A stretch of DNA of 58,782 nt, from the NCBI GenBank assembly GCA_029258835.1, contig JAPDJY010000036.1, positions 1-58,782 of the forward strand, read 5' to 3'. Each line of letters starts with the position of its first letter. Position 1 is the stretch's first letter. The notes under the pieces were generated by a model, which saw only the letters and a program-made list of their open reading frames with translations, did no database searches and was not told the origin of the DNA. Both the position numbers and the translations under genes were made by a program. The DNA is from Thermoproteota archaeon (GTDB lineage: Archaea; Asgardarchaeota; Jordiarchaeia; Jordiarchaeales; Freyrarchaeaceae). Below, piece after piece: positions 20,802-29,659 of the stretch.

Positions 20802-22301
20802 TTAAAGTTTAGCGTTAACGTCGAGGATGTGCTTGTATTCGAAGTTGATTAGTGCTAGTCGCTCCTGCCTCCAGTCCCTTGCGTTTTTTCCACCCCATAC
20901 GCCTTTAAGCTTATATGGGGGAATTGATATTTCCCCGAGAACCGTGGAGAGATAGTAGAGGAGGTCTCTCGCATCATCCCATCTCCCGACGTATGATTCC
21001 TGTTGCTGGGGGTGTTCGAGCTTTACGGGGATCACTCCCTGCTTAACGTAGTTCTCCATTGCTATGAAGGCTGCGTCATCCGTGGTGAAAACTATGGTGT
21101 CTCCCTTCTCTGCCGCGAAGCTCTTGTAGTCTAGGGCGATCTTCTCATCCCCGCTCTTGCCCGAGGCGTCCGAGCTGGCTACCTCATAGTTACGCTTGTT
21201 GAGCGTTTGCAGCTCTCCTTGAGCTATCATGAACAGCCTGGCTTTAGGTGTTAACTGGTTGGAGTACTCTCCCAGTTTGGGGTCGAATGGAAGCTTCTGG
21301 TTTACGTTCCTCGACACCTCCCTGAGAACCTCGTCGGAGACTGTGAAGTTTAGGCTTAGCATTTCAGCCTTTCTCTGAGCGTACTCTCGCTCCAAGAGCT
21401 CCATGAGCTTTGATGGGGCTCTGAAGATCAGGGAGTTCGTGTCGAATCCCACGTAGACCGTACGCCCTCCACCTGTAACCCTGTCCAAAACCTCCTTGAA
21501 GGCTTCCTCCTCGTTGGCGAAGCGCGCCATCCCTGAAGCCAGAACAACCTCCCTTATAAGGGAGGAGTCTCCGTGAGCCTCGTCGAAGAACGATCCAAGG
21601 TGGGGCTTAAAGAGTGCCTCGTTCTTTTTGAGTTTAAGGGAGAGGCGGCCGATAACCTGGTTTTTAACCTTCAAATCGTGAACCAGCTTATTGTCAAGGT
21701 AGAGGGAGTTTAAGACGCACATTACGTCCCTCCTGGTTATGAATACCTTCCCGCGTTCCCCCTTGGCGCGTTCTCCTGAGAGGGGTGGCGTGGATTTAAA
21801 CAGGGATTTCAGGTCGATCAGCTTTTGAAGGGAGAAGGGGATGTGGAAAAGGAAATTGTTCATGTAGCTTAGGTCTCTTAGTAGAAGGTAGACTACGTGG
21901 TCGGCGTACGTCATCCCGGCTGCGAGGAGAAGGGAGGACATGAACTTGCGTCCAGGAGTTATGTCTACGACGATACGGCCTTTCTTCTCCGCGTTGAGGC
22001 TTTTCAGAAGCTGCCCCACCTTACTTCTAAACTCCTCTATGTCCTCCTCGTAAACTCTAACGCTCTCGTCAGCCACGACCTCAACACTTTTACCGTAGTA
22101 CCTCGAGAGGGCGTCGACAAGCTCCTTGACGGTTTCAAGCTGTCTGGCAACCCCCTCATTCCAGATCAGATATACTCTGTCGGGTACGAAGCCATACGCC
22201 TCGGCAACATACCATATAACGTTGAAAACCGCCTGAGGAGAAATACTAACAGAAGTAACCCAAACGTCCACGTTGAACCCTCCAGCAACAAGAGCTGCCA
22301 C
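20802..22301 (-). CDS. CARF-PIN fusion (CRISPR ancillary protein)
   Basis: N-terminal VWVTSVSISPQAVFN...IVVDITPGRKFMS (CARF motifs); C-terminal VGFDTNSL, VLREV, GDEKI, FTTDD (PIN acidic residues); true start may be near 22270. Confidence 0.8.
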   Translation of the reverse strand: MAALVAGGFNVDVWVTSVSISPQAVFNVIWYVAEAYGFVPDRVYLIWNEGVARQLETVKELVDALSRYYGKSVEVVADESVRVYEEDIEEFRSKVGQLLKSLNAEKKGRIVVDITPGRKFMSSLLLAAGMTYADHVVYLLLRDLSYMNNFLFHIPFSLQKLIDLKSLFKSTPPLSGERAKGERGKVFITRRDVMCVLNSLYLDNKLVHDLKVKNQVIGRLSLKLKKNEALFKPHLGSFFDEAHGDSSLIREVVLASGMARFANEEEAFKEVLDRVTGGGRTVYVGFDTNSLIFRAPSKLMELLEREYAQRKAEMLSLNFTVSDEVLREVSRNVNQKLPFDPKLGEYSNQLTPKARLFMIAQGELQTLNKRNYEVASSDASGKSGDEKIALDYKSFAAEKGDTIVFTTDDAAFIAMENYVKQGVIPVKLEHPQQQESYVGRWDDARDLLYYLSTVLGEISIPPYKLKGVWGGKNARDWRQERLALINFEYKHILDVNAKL

Positions 22302-22748
22302 GCAGATCCCTTAGGAGAAAGGCTTCCAGGAGACGCCACCCCAATCAGAGCCACAAGCATAAACGTAAGGAGGGGGGAAGGAAGGGTTCAAACACCTAGG
22401 AGCCAAACAACACAAACATTAAACCCATTACCCTTATGCTCGCGAGGAAGGGAAAAAGCTTACGGTTCCACCAGTAGGCGAAAGTAGGATCCACGCGCCT
22501 ATCAGTTAAATCCGAGCTCATCGAGGCGCCGCCAACGGCGACGTCTCCCGGAGTGAAGAACCCACCAAGCTGCCAAGTGAAGGCTGGTGGTAAAGCGGTC
22601 AGAGCATGAGGCGGCGAAAGGTTAAAACCCTTTTAAAGGGCAGCGAGCTGTTAAACGCTTCAAGCGGAGTGAGCTGCTTGTAGGCTTGTAGGCTTGTAGG
22701 AGGGGTGGCGAAGCCGTTTTGGAGTGGGAGCTCCTCCGTTCCGAGGGT

Positions 22749-23636
22749 TTAAGGTCTCAACCTACCTGAGCCCGCTCTCCTTAGCGGTCTATGACCACCT
22801 TGCAGGACGTACTTTTCACCTATCATTTCCAAGACTTTTTTCAATGTTTTCCTGGGACTGTAGCGTTTGACCACCGTGCTGTTGAGCTTCATGCACGCCC
22901 CATCCATCGAAGTAAAATAGTATTCGTCTTCTACGTCAACGCGCCTCTTATACAGGGGCTTCACTTCAACCTTGTAAAGGCTCGTCCTCCTCCTGACTAT
23001 GGCGTACTTCAGGTCCTCCGTTATCCAGCAGAGGTCGCTCTCAACCTCTCGAACCCACCCCTTCCCCTTAACGGTTTGAAACCACTTGACGCCCTTAACG
23101 GGGAAAGCAGCCTCCACCACGCTTTCACCGTCGAGGAGAGCTGATTCGTCACCGTAATCGACCACAACTTTTCTAACCACGCCGTCAGCCACGTTCAGAA
23201 GGTACACCACCCTCCCCGTTGGGAGCTCCGCCACCCTCCTCTCAATCATCCTCTCTATGGCGTCCCTGGCCTCAGCCACCTTCAAGGCTTCAAGGCGAAG
23301 ACGCTCATAGTTTGTGAGGACCATGGGGGGAGAAAGATCGATCTGGAAGTGGCGCCTGTAGCTCGACTCCACCTTGTAAATCGCCCGCGACCCCTTAAGC
23401 ACCCTATCACGAAAAGTAATCCTAGCCCTCCGGTAATTGTTTATCGCTCTGATAATCACCTTTTTAGCAGCCCTGTAACACCTACCCCAAGTATAAACCT
23501 TCCCGATCTCATGCACCCCACCACACATAGCGCACTTAAACGGGATGCCGAGCGCAAGCTTAACAAGCTCCTCCTCAGGGTCATAATGCTCCCCGGCACC
23601 CCTCACCGGGGAAACCCTACTAGTGCAGGAACGCAA
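22749..23636 (-). CDS. Uncharacterised protein with N-terminal CxxC-x3-H..C putative Zn finger (paralog A)
   Basis: YDPEEELVKLALGIPFKCAMCGGVH..WGRCY and VESDLCWITEDLKYAIVRR shared with the neighbouring ORF. Confidence 0.8.
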   Translation of the reverse strand: MRSCTSRVSPVRGAGEHYDPEEELVKLALGIPFKCAMCGGVHEIGKVYTWGRCYRAAKKVIIRAINNYRRARITFRDRVLKGSRAIYKVESSYRRHFQIDLSPPMVLTNYERLRLEALKVAEARDAIERMIERRVAELPTGRVVYLLNVADGVVRKVVVDYGDESALLDGESVVEAAFPVKGVKWFQTVKGKGWVREVESDLCWITEDLKYAIVRRRTSLYKVEVKPLYKRRVDVEDEYYFTSMDGACMKLNSTVVKRYSPRKTLKKVLEMIGEKYVLQGGHRPLRRAGSGRLRP

Positions 23637-23748
23637 CAGGAAACCCTCCCACTACCATAGAAAAAGGCCGGGAACACGCAATGAAGGAAGCGAACACAGG
23701 CTAATAACCAAAACTTTTTGCAACAATCACAGGGCTGGAAGGGGGGAG

Positions 23749-24825
23749 CTAGTTGGTGCAGCGCCCACCATTCTTCAAGGAGCACTCTGCAAGCTGCTCT
23801 AAAGGCGTACTCATAGCCTCCCTAGGAGACAGGTTCAACCTGACGGGGGTTCCACCTCTAGGAACAAGGAAAAACTCTCTCTTGAAGCCGGAAGCCGGCA
23901 GGAACGTCACTCTTTCCACCAGAGCGCAGCTCAGGTCGCTTAAAACACCGCAAAGCTTACTCTCAACCACACGCGTCCCAGCACGACGAGGCATAAAAAG
24001 CTCATTTCCCAAATGTCTTCTTAAATATCTTATGACTGAATAGATGCTGGGAGTGTGGAGGTGAGGGGGGTCATCGATAGGGTTATCGTAATCAACGATG
24101 AATCTAGCGAGGGGGTAGATGTCACTGTAGCGGGGTAAGGGTTTGAAGAAGAACTCCCTATCGACTCTATGCCCGAAAAGGTACATGATCGCCAGGTCGT
24201 AGCGGTAGCGGTTTCCACTAGAAACATACAAGTAGTCTATGTGGCCATCCCAGCCTCTTTTGACGTATTCTAGGTGTACGGGGGGAAGCTTCCTGACGGC
24301 GTCCTCCGCCACCTCAATCTCCGCTCTGGAAACCTCCTCGCACCTCTCAGCAACCTTGAGGCAGTAGTCTAGCATTGTGACCATTTTCTTCGGGTTGGAG
24401 AGGAGGTCGCCTATGACGGGGACTCTTGTTTTTACGTAGCGTTTGAAGACGCGGATAACGGGTGAAATCCCCTTCAGCAAGACGTCGGCGATGCTGAGCC
24501 TGATGGCGGAGAGATACTTCAAGTAAAAGTCGATTGGCGCCACCAGAAAGCTCACCGGAAACTTAGAAACGGAGGAGGCAAACGCGTAGTGGATCTGATG
24601 GAGCTGACGCAGCACCGCGCGACTCTTACAGGAAAAGTGGAAAGCCTTTCTAACCAGCTTATGGGCTTTAGCGTAGCACCTCAGCCAAGCATTCTTGGAA
24701 GGAACATGCCTACGGCCGCAAACAGCACACCTAAACGGTGAACCAAACACCAGGGCAATATACTCTACCTCGGGGTCATAACCCCTCACGCCTTCACCCA
24801 CACCCACCACATCGCCCCCATGCAA
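23749..24825 (-). CDS. Uncharacterised protein with N-terminal CxxC-x3-H..C putative Zn finger (paralog B)
   Basis: YDPEVEYIALVFGSPFRCAVCGRRH..WLRCY and VESKLCGVLSDLSCALVER. Confidence 0.8.
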   Translation of the reverse strand: MHGGDVVGVGEGVRGYDPEVEYIALVFGSPFRCAVCGRRHVPSKNAWLRCYAKAHKLVRKAFHFSCKSRAVLRQLHQIHYAFASSVSKFPVSFLVAPIDFYLKYLSAIRLSIADVLLKGISPVIRVFKRYVKTRVPVIGDLLSNPKKMVTMLDYCLKVAERCEEVSRAEIEVAEDAVRKLPPVHLEYVKRGWDGHIDYLYVSSGNRYRYDLAIMYLFGHRVDREFFFKPLPRYSDIYPLARFIVDYDNPIDDPPHLHTPSIYSVIRYLRRHLGNELFMPRRAGTRVVESKLCGVLSDLSCALVERVTFLPASGFKREFFLVPRGGTPVRLNLSPREAMSTPLEQLAECSLKNGGRCTN

Positions 24826-24998
24826 TTTCTCCAGCCAGCCTGGGTGCGGGCGGGGAAGCGGACGCCGTCAGCCCGGGCAGCTGTAGGGCGGCTGAAGGCG
24901 CGTCCACGAGGCACATGGAAGGGTTTGGAGGCAAGGACGGCGACTCCATCCACCACGTAACCCTCCCTTCGGAGGACGGGTTCAATCCTCAGCTCCAA
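24786..24998 (-). CDS. Possible 70-aa small protein between the vWA gene and paralog B
   Basis: TTG start overlapping the end of the vWA gene; LELRIEPVLRREGYVVDGVAVLASKPFHVPRG...; fills the operon gap. Confidence 0.3.
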   Translation of the reverse strand: MELRIEPVLRREGYVVDGVAVLASKPFHVPRGRAFSRPTAARADGVRFPARTQAGWRNCMGAMWWVWVKA

Positions 24999-26385
24999 TT
25001 TCAATTTTGATTTTCTCAACCCCGGAGACCTCGGGGAACATGCAGGTTGAGCAGTAGATAACCTTGCTAGCCCTCCACTTGACCTTTCTAAGCCACGCCT
25101 CCTGCTCGTCCACGTCCGCAACAGCCCCGTCAGTTAACACCACAACCACATCCCCCTTCCTCACCTTACTATACACCTTCATCAAGGCAGGTGAGATCAC
25201 CGTTCCACCCCCACCCTTCACCCTCGGCACCATTCCAGGCTTAACCCGGCACTCGCGCCTCACCCCATCATCGAAGAACACGGCGAAAACCCTCACAAGC
25301 CTCGCTGCGGCGAACAGCTCCGCGAAGAACTGGTCTATTTCCCTCTGCCCGATGCTGCCACTCACATCCACGACCGCGTAGATGTCAGGCTTCTTAAAGC
25401 GGTAGACCCCAGGGTACGATGGATGCTTACGTGAGGGCTTACGCCAGGTGGAAACCACGCTCAACCCCAGCCCATGCCTAACCATACTCCTCAGCTCAGC
25501 CCTCCAGTTAACCTTAGGCTTAATAGCCTGGGAGAGGACGAGTTCAGCGGTCCCCCTACCCGCCCCAGCCATCTTCAACATGACTATGGCTTTACGGACA
25601 GCATTCGTCAGCCCCACCTCCCCCTCCTCATACATCTCCCGATCCCCCTCCTGAACAACGTAACCGTCCAAGTCTCCGCTCACAACACCCTCAACAAGGT
25701 CCCCCTCCCTGTAAAAGCTACAGACATTGCTATGAGGGCAGATTGGACTGCTCGTGGAGGAGCATGCCGCACCGCCACCATGGTAAACGCTCCTGGGGTC
25801 GCCGCCCCCTTCAACTCCGGTCACGCCGTGAGCATTCTTCGAGAAGGGGTTTATGGGGCAGCTTCCCGGCGAGCACCCCGCAGACTTAAACAGCTTCATG
25901 AGAAGGACGTAAAGCTCCTCAGCCGACATGCTGAGCAGATCACTAGGGTTGATCCACCGGTGAAGGCTCACTCTAAACGAGAGAGGAAGGTCGTGGAGAG
26001 GGGAGGATGAAGCCACGTGGAAGCCTTCAGAGGATAGTATTTCGTTAACTATGCAGTCGCAGGCGAGATTATAGAGAACAGGGCACTCCACTCTTTTAAC
26101 CCTTAAATGATGCTTCAAAGCCACATGCAGAACCTCGTGGAAAATGGTGAAAACCTTCTCGTCTGCACTCATCCCCCGCCATTGGGAAAGGTCAATGTAG
26201 ATTACGCCGCCGCGAACCATCGCTGGGACAGGAAGCCCCTCCCTGGCGACCACCCTAAGCCTCTTAAGGATCAAGGCAAGCCAGGGAGCCCTAGCCATAA
26301 ACGCCGTCTCAATGTGCTTCAAGTCACGGGCAACACCGCTTACAACCCTCTTAACATCGCCACCCAACCTAAACCCCCCAATCAA
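24982..26385 (-). CDS. Zincin-like metallopeptidase + vWA domain protein (DUF2201/COG3864 type)
   Basis: HEVLH..LKH and NLACDCIVN in the N-terminus; VNWRAELR, TWRKPSRK; MIDAS DVSGS, GGGGT, LTDG. Confidence 0.9.
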   Translation of the reverse strand: MIGGFRLGGDVKRVVSGVARDLKHIETAFMARAPWLALILKRLRVVAREGLPVPAMVRGGVIYIDLSQWRGMSADEKVFTIFHEVLHVALKHHLRVKRVECPVLYNLACDCIVNEILSSEGFHVASSSPLHDLPLSFRVSLHRWINPSDLLSMSAEELYVLLMKLFKSAGCSPGSCPINPFSKNAHGVTGVEGGGDPRSVYHGGGAACSSTSSPICPHSNVCSFYREGDLVEGVVSGDLDGYVVQEGDREMYEEGEVGLTNAVRKAIVMLKMAGAGRGTAELVLSQAIKPKVNWRAELRSMVRHGLGLSVVSTWRKPSRKHPSYPGVYRFKKPDIYAVVDVSGSIGQREIDQFFAELFAAARLVRVFAVFFDDGVRRECRVKPGMVPRVKGGGGTVISPALMKVYSKVRKGDVVVVLTDGAVADVDEQEAWLRKVKWRASKVIYCSTCMFPEVSGVEKIKIEIGAED

Positions 26386-27604
26386 CGCTCCTAGCGATCA
26401 GGTTTCCAGCCTCCCGGAAAACTGGGAAGAAGGTCTCCCTGTCAGACTTAACCAGCACTCTGAAGAAGTCTCCCTTAACCTCCTCCCTCAAGGAGGAAAA
26501 CACGAACATGAGCATCTCACGGTGCCGCGTCAGGTGCCTGAGCAAGGGGAGGGCGGCTCGAACCCTCTCACCCACCCTTCTACTAAGCCACTCAGCGAAC
26601 ATCACGGAGAAAATGTACTTCTGGTCGATGCTGAAGCCGTCGAACAGCTCAGGGTTCCTGACGACCTCAGCCACGCTGGGAGTCGGGTTGCCGATGAAAG
26701 TTAGAAACTTATCGGCGACCTCCTCGCCAAGCAACCCCCTGCACAGCGCGGCCACAGCCTCCCCGTCAGCACCACCCCTGCAGCCGTGCTTCCCCCTCCT
26801 CCTTCCTTTCCCGCCATGCGGGTTCAACCCGTCACCCCGGCTGATCGAGGGGAGCATGCATGCAAGCTTCGTCCAGGACCTGGGAGTAGGAAAGTTCTCC
26901 AACGTCTCGGCGGCATCCAGCGGCGGGCGGATAAAGTCGTCCGGGAACCTTCCCAGGTAAGCAGCCACCCTCCTATCCCACTCACCATAAACCGCATTCA
27001 TGTAGCTTATCCACTCGTCAAGCCTTGGCGCGTCAAAGTCGACACGTATCAGCCGGTTCATCAGGGGGGCGGGGAGCAAACGTGAGATGACGCTGTCCTC
27101 GGGGCGGTTCCCCGCCGCAACCACCCACACCCCCGGGTGAAACCTCACCTCCCCAGCCTTCCCGTCGAGCAGCTTGTAGGCGACAGCTATCACGTCTTCC
27201 CTCTGAACGTTCGTCAACTCGTCGAGAAACAGCACGCCGGGGTGCCGGCTGAACAGGACCGCCCACTTCGGAGGCTTATACACCATGTACCCGTTCTCCT
27301 CGCGTGGAACACCGATCAGCTCGCTGGGTTCCACCTCGGTCAGCCGGAGGTCGTAGAAGAGGAACACGTCGCCCTCAACGTCCCTCCCATCATACTCCAC
27401 GAGCTCAAGCCTCATCCCCTCAGCGAGGAGATCCGCCACCCTCCTAACGGTCTCGCTCTTCCCCACCCCCGGCGGACCGAGGAGGAGGACGGGGTGAGGG
27501 TAATACTTAATGATCCACTCCTTCCTGATCCTAACACGGGTGGAACTTTTATTTTTCCTTTCATTTATTAAAACATCAACACGCATTTTAATATCAACCC
27601 CCAT
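26369..27604 (-). CDS. MoxR-like AAA+ ATPase
   Basis: GPPGVGKS Walker A, ELIGVP, LFLDEL Walker B, VAAGN, LPAPLMNR, FPTPRSW. Confidence 0.92.
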   Translation of the reverse strand: MGVDIKMRVDVLINERKNKSSTRVRIRKEWIIKYYPHPVLLLGPPGVGKSETVRRVADLLAEGMRLELVEYDGRDVEGDVFLFYDLRLTEVEPSELIGVPREENGYMVYKPPKWAVLFSRHPGVLFLDELTNVQREDVIAVAYKLLDGKAGEVRFHPGVWVVAAGNRPEDSVISRLLPAPLMNRLIRVDFDAPRLDEWISYMNAVYGEWDRRVAAYLGRFPDDFIRPPLDAAETLENFPTPRSWTKLACMLPSISRGDGLNPHGGKGRRRGKHGCRGGADGEAVAALCRGLLGEEVADKFLTFIGNPTPSVAEVVRNPELFDGFSIDQKYIFSVMFAEWLSRRVGERVRAALPLLRHLTRHREMLMFVFSSLREEVKGDFFRVLVKSDRETFFPVFREAGNLIARSVDWGV

Positions 27605-27635
27605 CTTATTTTTTTAATAAACACTTCTTGAAACG

Positions 27636-27760
27636 TGGGGGGAGCGGGCTGACCATCACGGTTAAAATGCGTCAAAGAAGAGAAGGAGCGATAAGCCTCG
27701 TCGGCGGGATCAGGTATCAGAGGACATGCTGATGAGCGTGCGGCTTACCTGTTCCCCCCA
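27636..27760 (+). other. 125-nt GC-rich element closed by a 13-bp stem (possible ncRNA or MITE relic)
   Basis: TGGGGGGAGCGGG (27636-27648) pairs with CCTGTTCCCCCCA (27748-27760), including two G.U pairs; AT-rich flanks. Confidence 0.35.
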
Positions 27761-27793
27761 TTAAATAATATGTGTTTCATCATTTATATATTT

Positions 27794-27935
27794 TTTCATT
27801 TCTAAGAAATTGTTTTGAAATAAAATAGATTGTTTTAGTTTATTAATACATTGCTTTGTTTTTTCTTTTTTGGGAAAATGTTTTAAACATTTCCAGACAA
27901 TATTATTTTAGAGGTAATGTTTCAACAATATGAAA
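27794..27935. promoter_or_regulatory. Divergent promoter region with several palindromes (candidate Csa3 operators)
   Basis: ATTTCT-A-AGAAAT 27798-27810; AAATGTTT-T-AAACATTT 27876-27892; TTTCA-N6-TGAAA 27920-27935. Confidence 0.4.
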
Positions 27936-28589
27936 TGCAGGTGGCTGGACGTGAACCTCGTAGTCACGCTGGGATTCGAGGAAAAGTACGCCCTCAGAGC
28001 CCTAATGAGGAGCAGCCTAGGGAGGGGAGACCGCTTCATAATAATCCTGCCAGACGACAAACACCCCAGAAGGGAGAAAGCCTACAACTTCATCGTCGAG
28101 GAGATAGTTAAAAAGGTATTCCCCGAGTTGGAAGTGGAGAGAGTGGAGGTTAACGTGAGAGACTTCTACGGGGCGATCCACAGGATAAGAGAGCTCCTGA
28201 AGGGGTTGAAGGGGAAAATAGTGTTGAACGTCAGCGGGGGGCTCAAGATCCTCATCCTCGAAGTGCTGGCGGCAGCATCCAGCCTGGGCTTAGAGGACGC
28301 CGAGGTGGAAATAGAAGACATAGACAGCGAGGACATAGACGTAAGGGAGGCACCCTTCGTGAGAGCACCCTTAAAGGTCATGTACCCCGTAAAGCTAGAT
28401 GACAGCGACCTTGAAATCCTCAGGAAAGCCCGGGAGAAGGGGGAGCTGACGCTCAAGGAGGCAACGGAGGAGTTCGGGGCCCCCAAGGCCACCCTGTGGA
28501 GAAGGCTCAACCGCCTGGTCGAGCACGGACTCCTCGAGAAAGCAGACGACACCTACCACCTAAGCGAGCTGGGGCGCTCCAGAATATAA
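27930..28589 (+). CDS. csa3: Csa3 CARF-wHTH transcriptional regulator
   Basis: VTLGFEEKYALRAL, LNVSGGLKILILE (CARF); C-terminal wHTH PKATLWRRLNRLVEHGLLEK..Y.LSELG. Confidence 0.92.
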   Translation: MKCRWLDVNLVVTLGFEEKYALRALMRSSLGRGDRFIIILPDDKHPRREKAYNFIVEEIVKKVFPELEVERVEVNVRDFYGAIHRIRELLKGLKGKIVLNVSGGLKILILEVLAAASSLGLEDAEVEIEDIDSEDIDVREAPFVRAPLKVMYPVKLDDSDLEILRKAREKGELTLKEATEEFGAPKATLWRRLNRLVEHGLLEKADDTYHLSELGRSRI

Positions 28590-29058
28590 GCACGAGGAAG
28601 CTTCCAGCAGCGTCGACGGCGCAGTAGCCCACCACGCGTGCGTGAACCACGGTAGCTGACGGCTTCCCGACGGCCCCCGGCTCCACCACCATGACCGCTA
28701 AACCCGGACAGGGCGTAGAGTGCCGATCCGAGGCAGCCGCCAGCATCCGGCTCCATCCACATTGAGAGTTCAAGATTTGCCCACGCCACAACTTACCCTT
28801 CCGGCTTCGAGCTGGCACCATGGTGCAGGGTGAGGTTAGACGCTGGAGGAGGAGTTTACTTCGGCGGTTTAACATAAGACGGTGAAGGTATTTAAACGAT
28901 TATAAATGCAACATGCGGCCGGCGGCAACACCGTAGCTTTAGAAGCGGCTGTTTAGGGTTTGCTACCGCGTTGGAGGTGTAGATTGGACGGTGCGCAAGG
29001 CGGGTGATGGTTAGAGGGTTTGGGTGAGAGGGGTTAGGCGGCGTCGCATTCGGGTCTT

Positions 29059-29446
29059 TCAGTAGGTTACACGGGTGGATTTAACGGTTTCCTCCGGGGT
29101 GGGTTTGAGCTTAATGGGGAGGCGCCTCTTGGGGCAAGGTATAATTCTCTCCGTGTCTGTTTTGCACGTTTCACCACTCTCTCCACTAGAGCATAGTCTA
29201 GGTTGTTTGAGACAGTGCAAAGCTTCTTTCGACTTCCACCTCGTCGTGGTTGAAGAAAAACCCCCTTTTGACCCTGTGTCCGAAGAAACATGTGGTTGCC
29301 AGACTGTAGCGGTAACGGTCACAACTTGAGACGTACAAGTAGTCTACGTAACCACCCCACTTCTTTCGGCGTATTTCATGCGTACCGAGGAGCTTCCTGA
29401 CGGCATCCTTCACCACCTCGATCTCCGCCCCCGGCAACCCCCTCAC
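29059..29446 (-). pseudogene. Decayed third copy of the Zn-finger paralog family (closest to paralog B)
   Basis: AEIEVVKDAVRKL..WGGYVDYLYVSSCDRYRY..FGHRVKRGFFF and KLCTVSNNLDYALVERV..LAPRG match 23749..24825 across a frameshift. Confidence 0.85.
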
Positions 29447-29659
29447 ACCCTCAGCAACAAATAAGACACAACCAAGACATAACGCTATTATAAAATATTA
29501 ATTTAACATTATTGATTATTGATATTGTCGTGGTAGCCTGCTTTGCTGTGTCTTGGTTCTGAATTGCACTTGTTCATTTACTGGCTGAATGTTATTTAGG
29601 GTTCTGTTTGGTGGAGGGAACTTCTTTTATCTGGGTGTTTCATTTATGATTTATGGGGG

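Noticed and set aside
22676-22701. GCTTGTAG tandem repeat x3
   Set aside because: Short intergenic slippage repeat with no supporting context.
27725-27760. CTGATGAG as a hammerhead core or canonical C/D-box sRNA
   Set aside because: No correctly placed GAAA or stems, and the box order and spacing do not fit a guide sRNA.
28590-28900. GC-rich stretch after csa3, possibly a gene remnant
   Set aside because: No frame gave a recognisable or locally homologous peptide.
29450-29600. Replication origin at the skew switch
   Set aside because: No ORB-like consensus and no cdc6/orc1 gene nearby.
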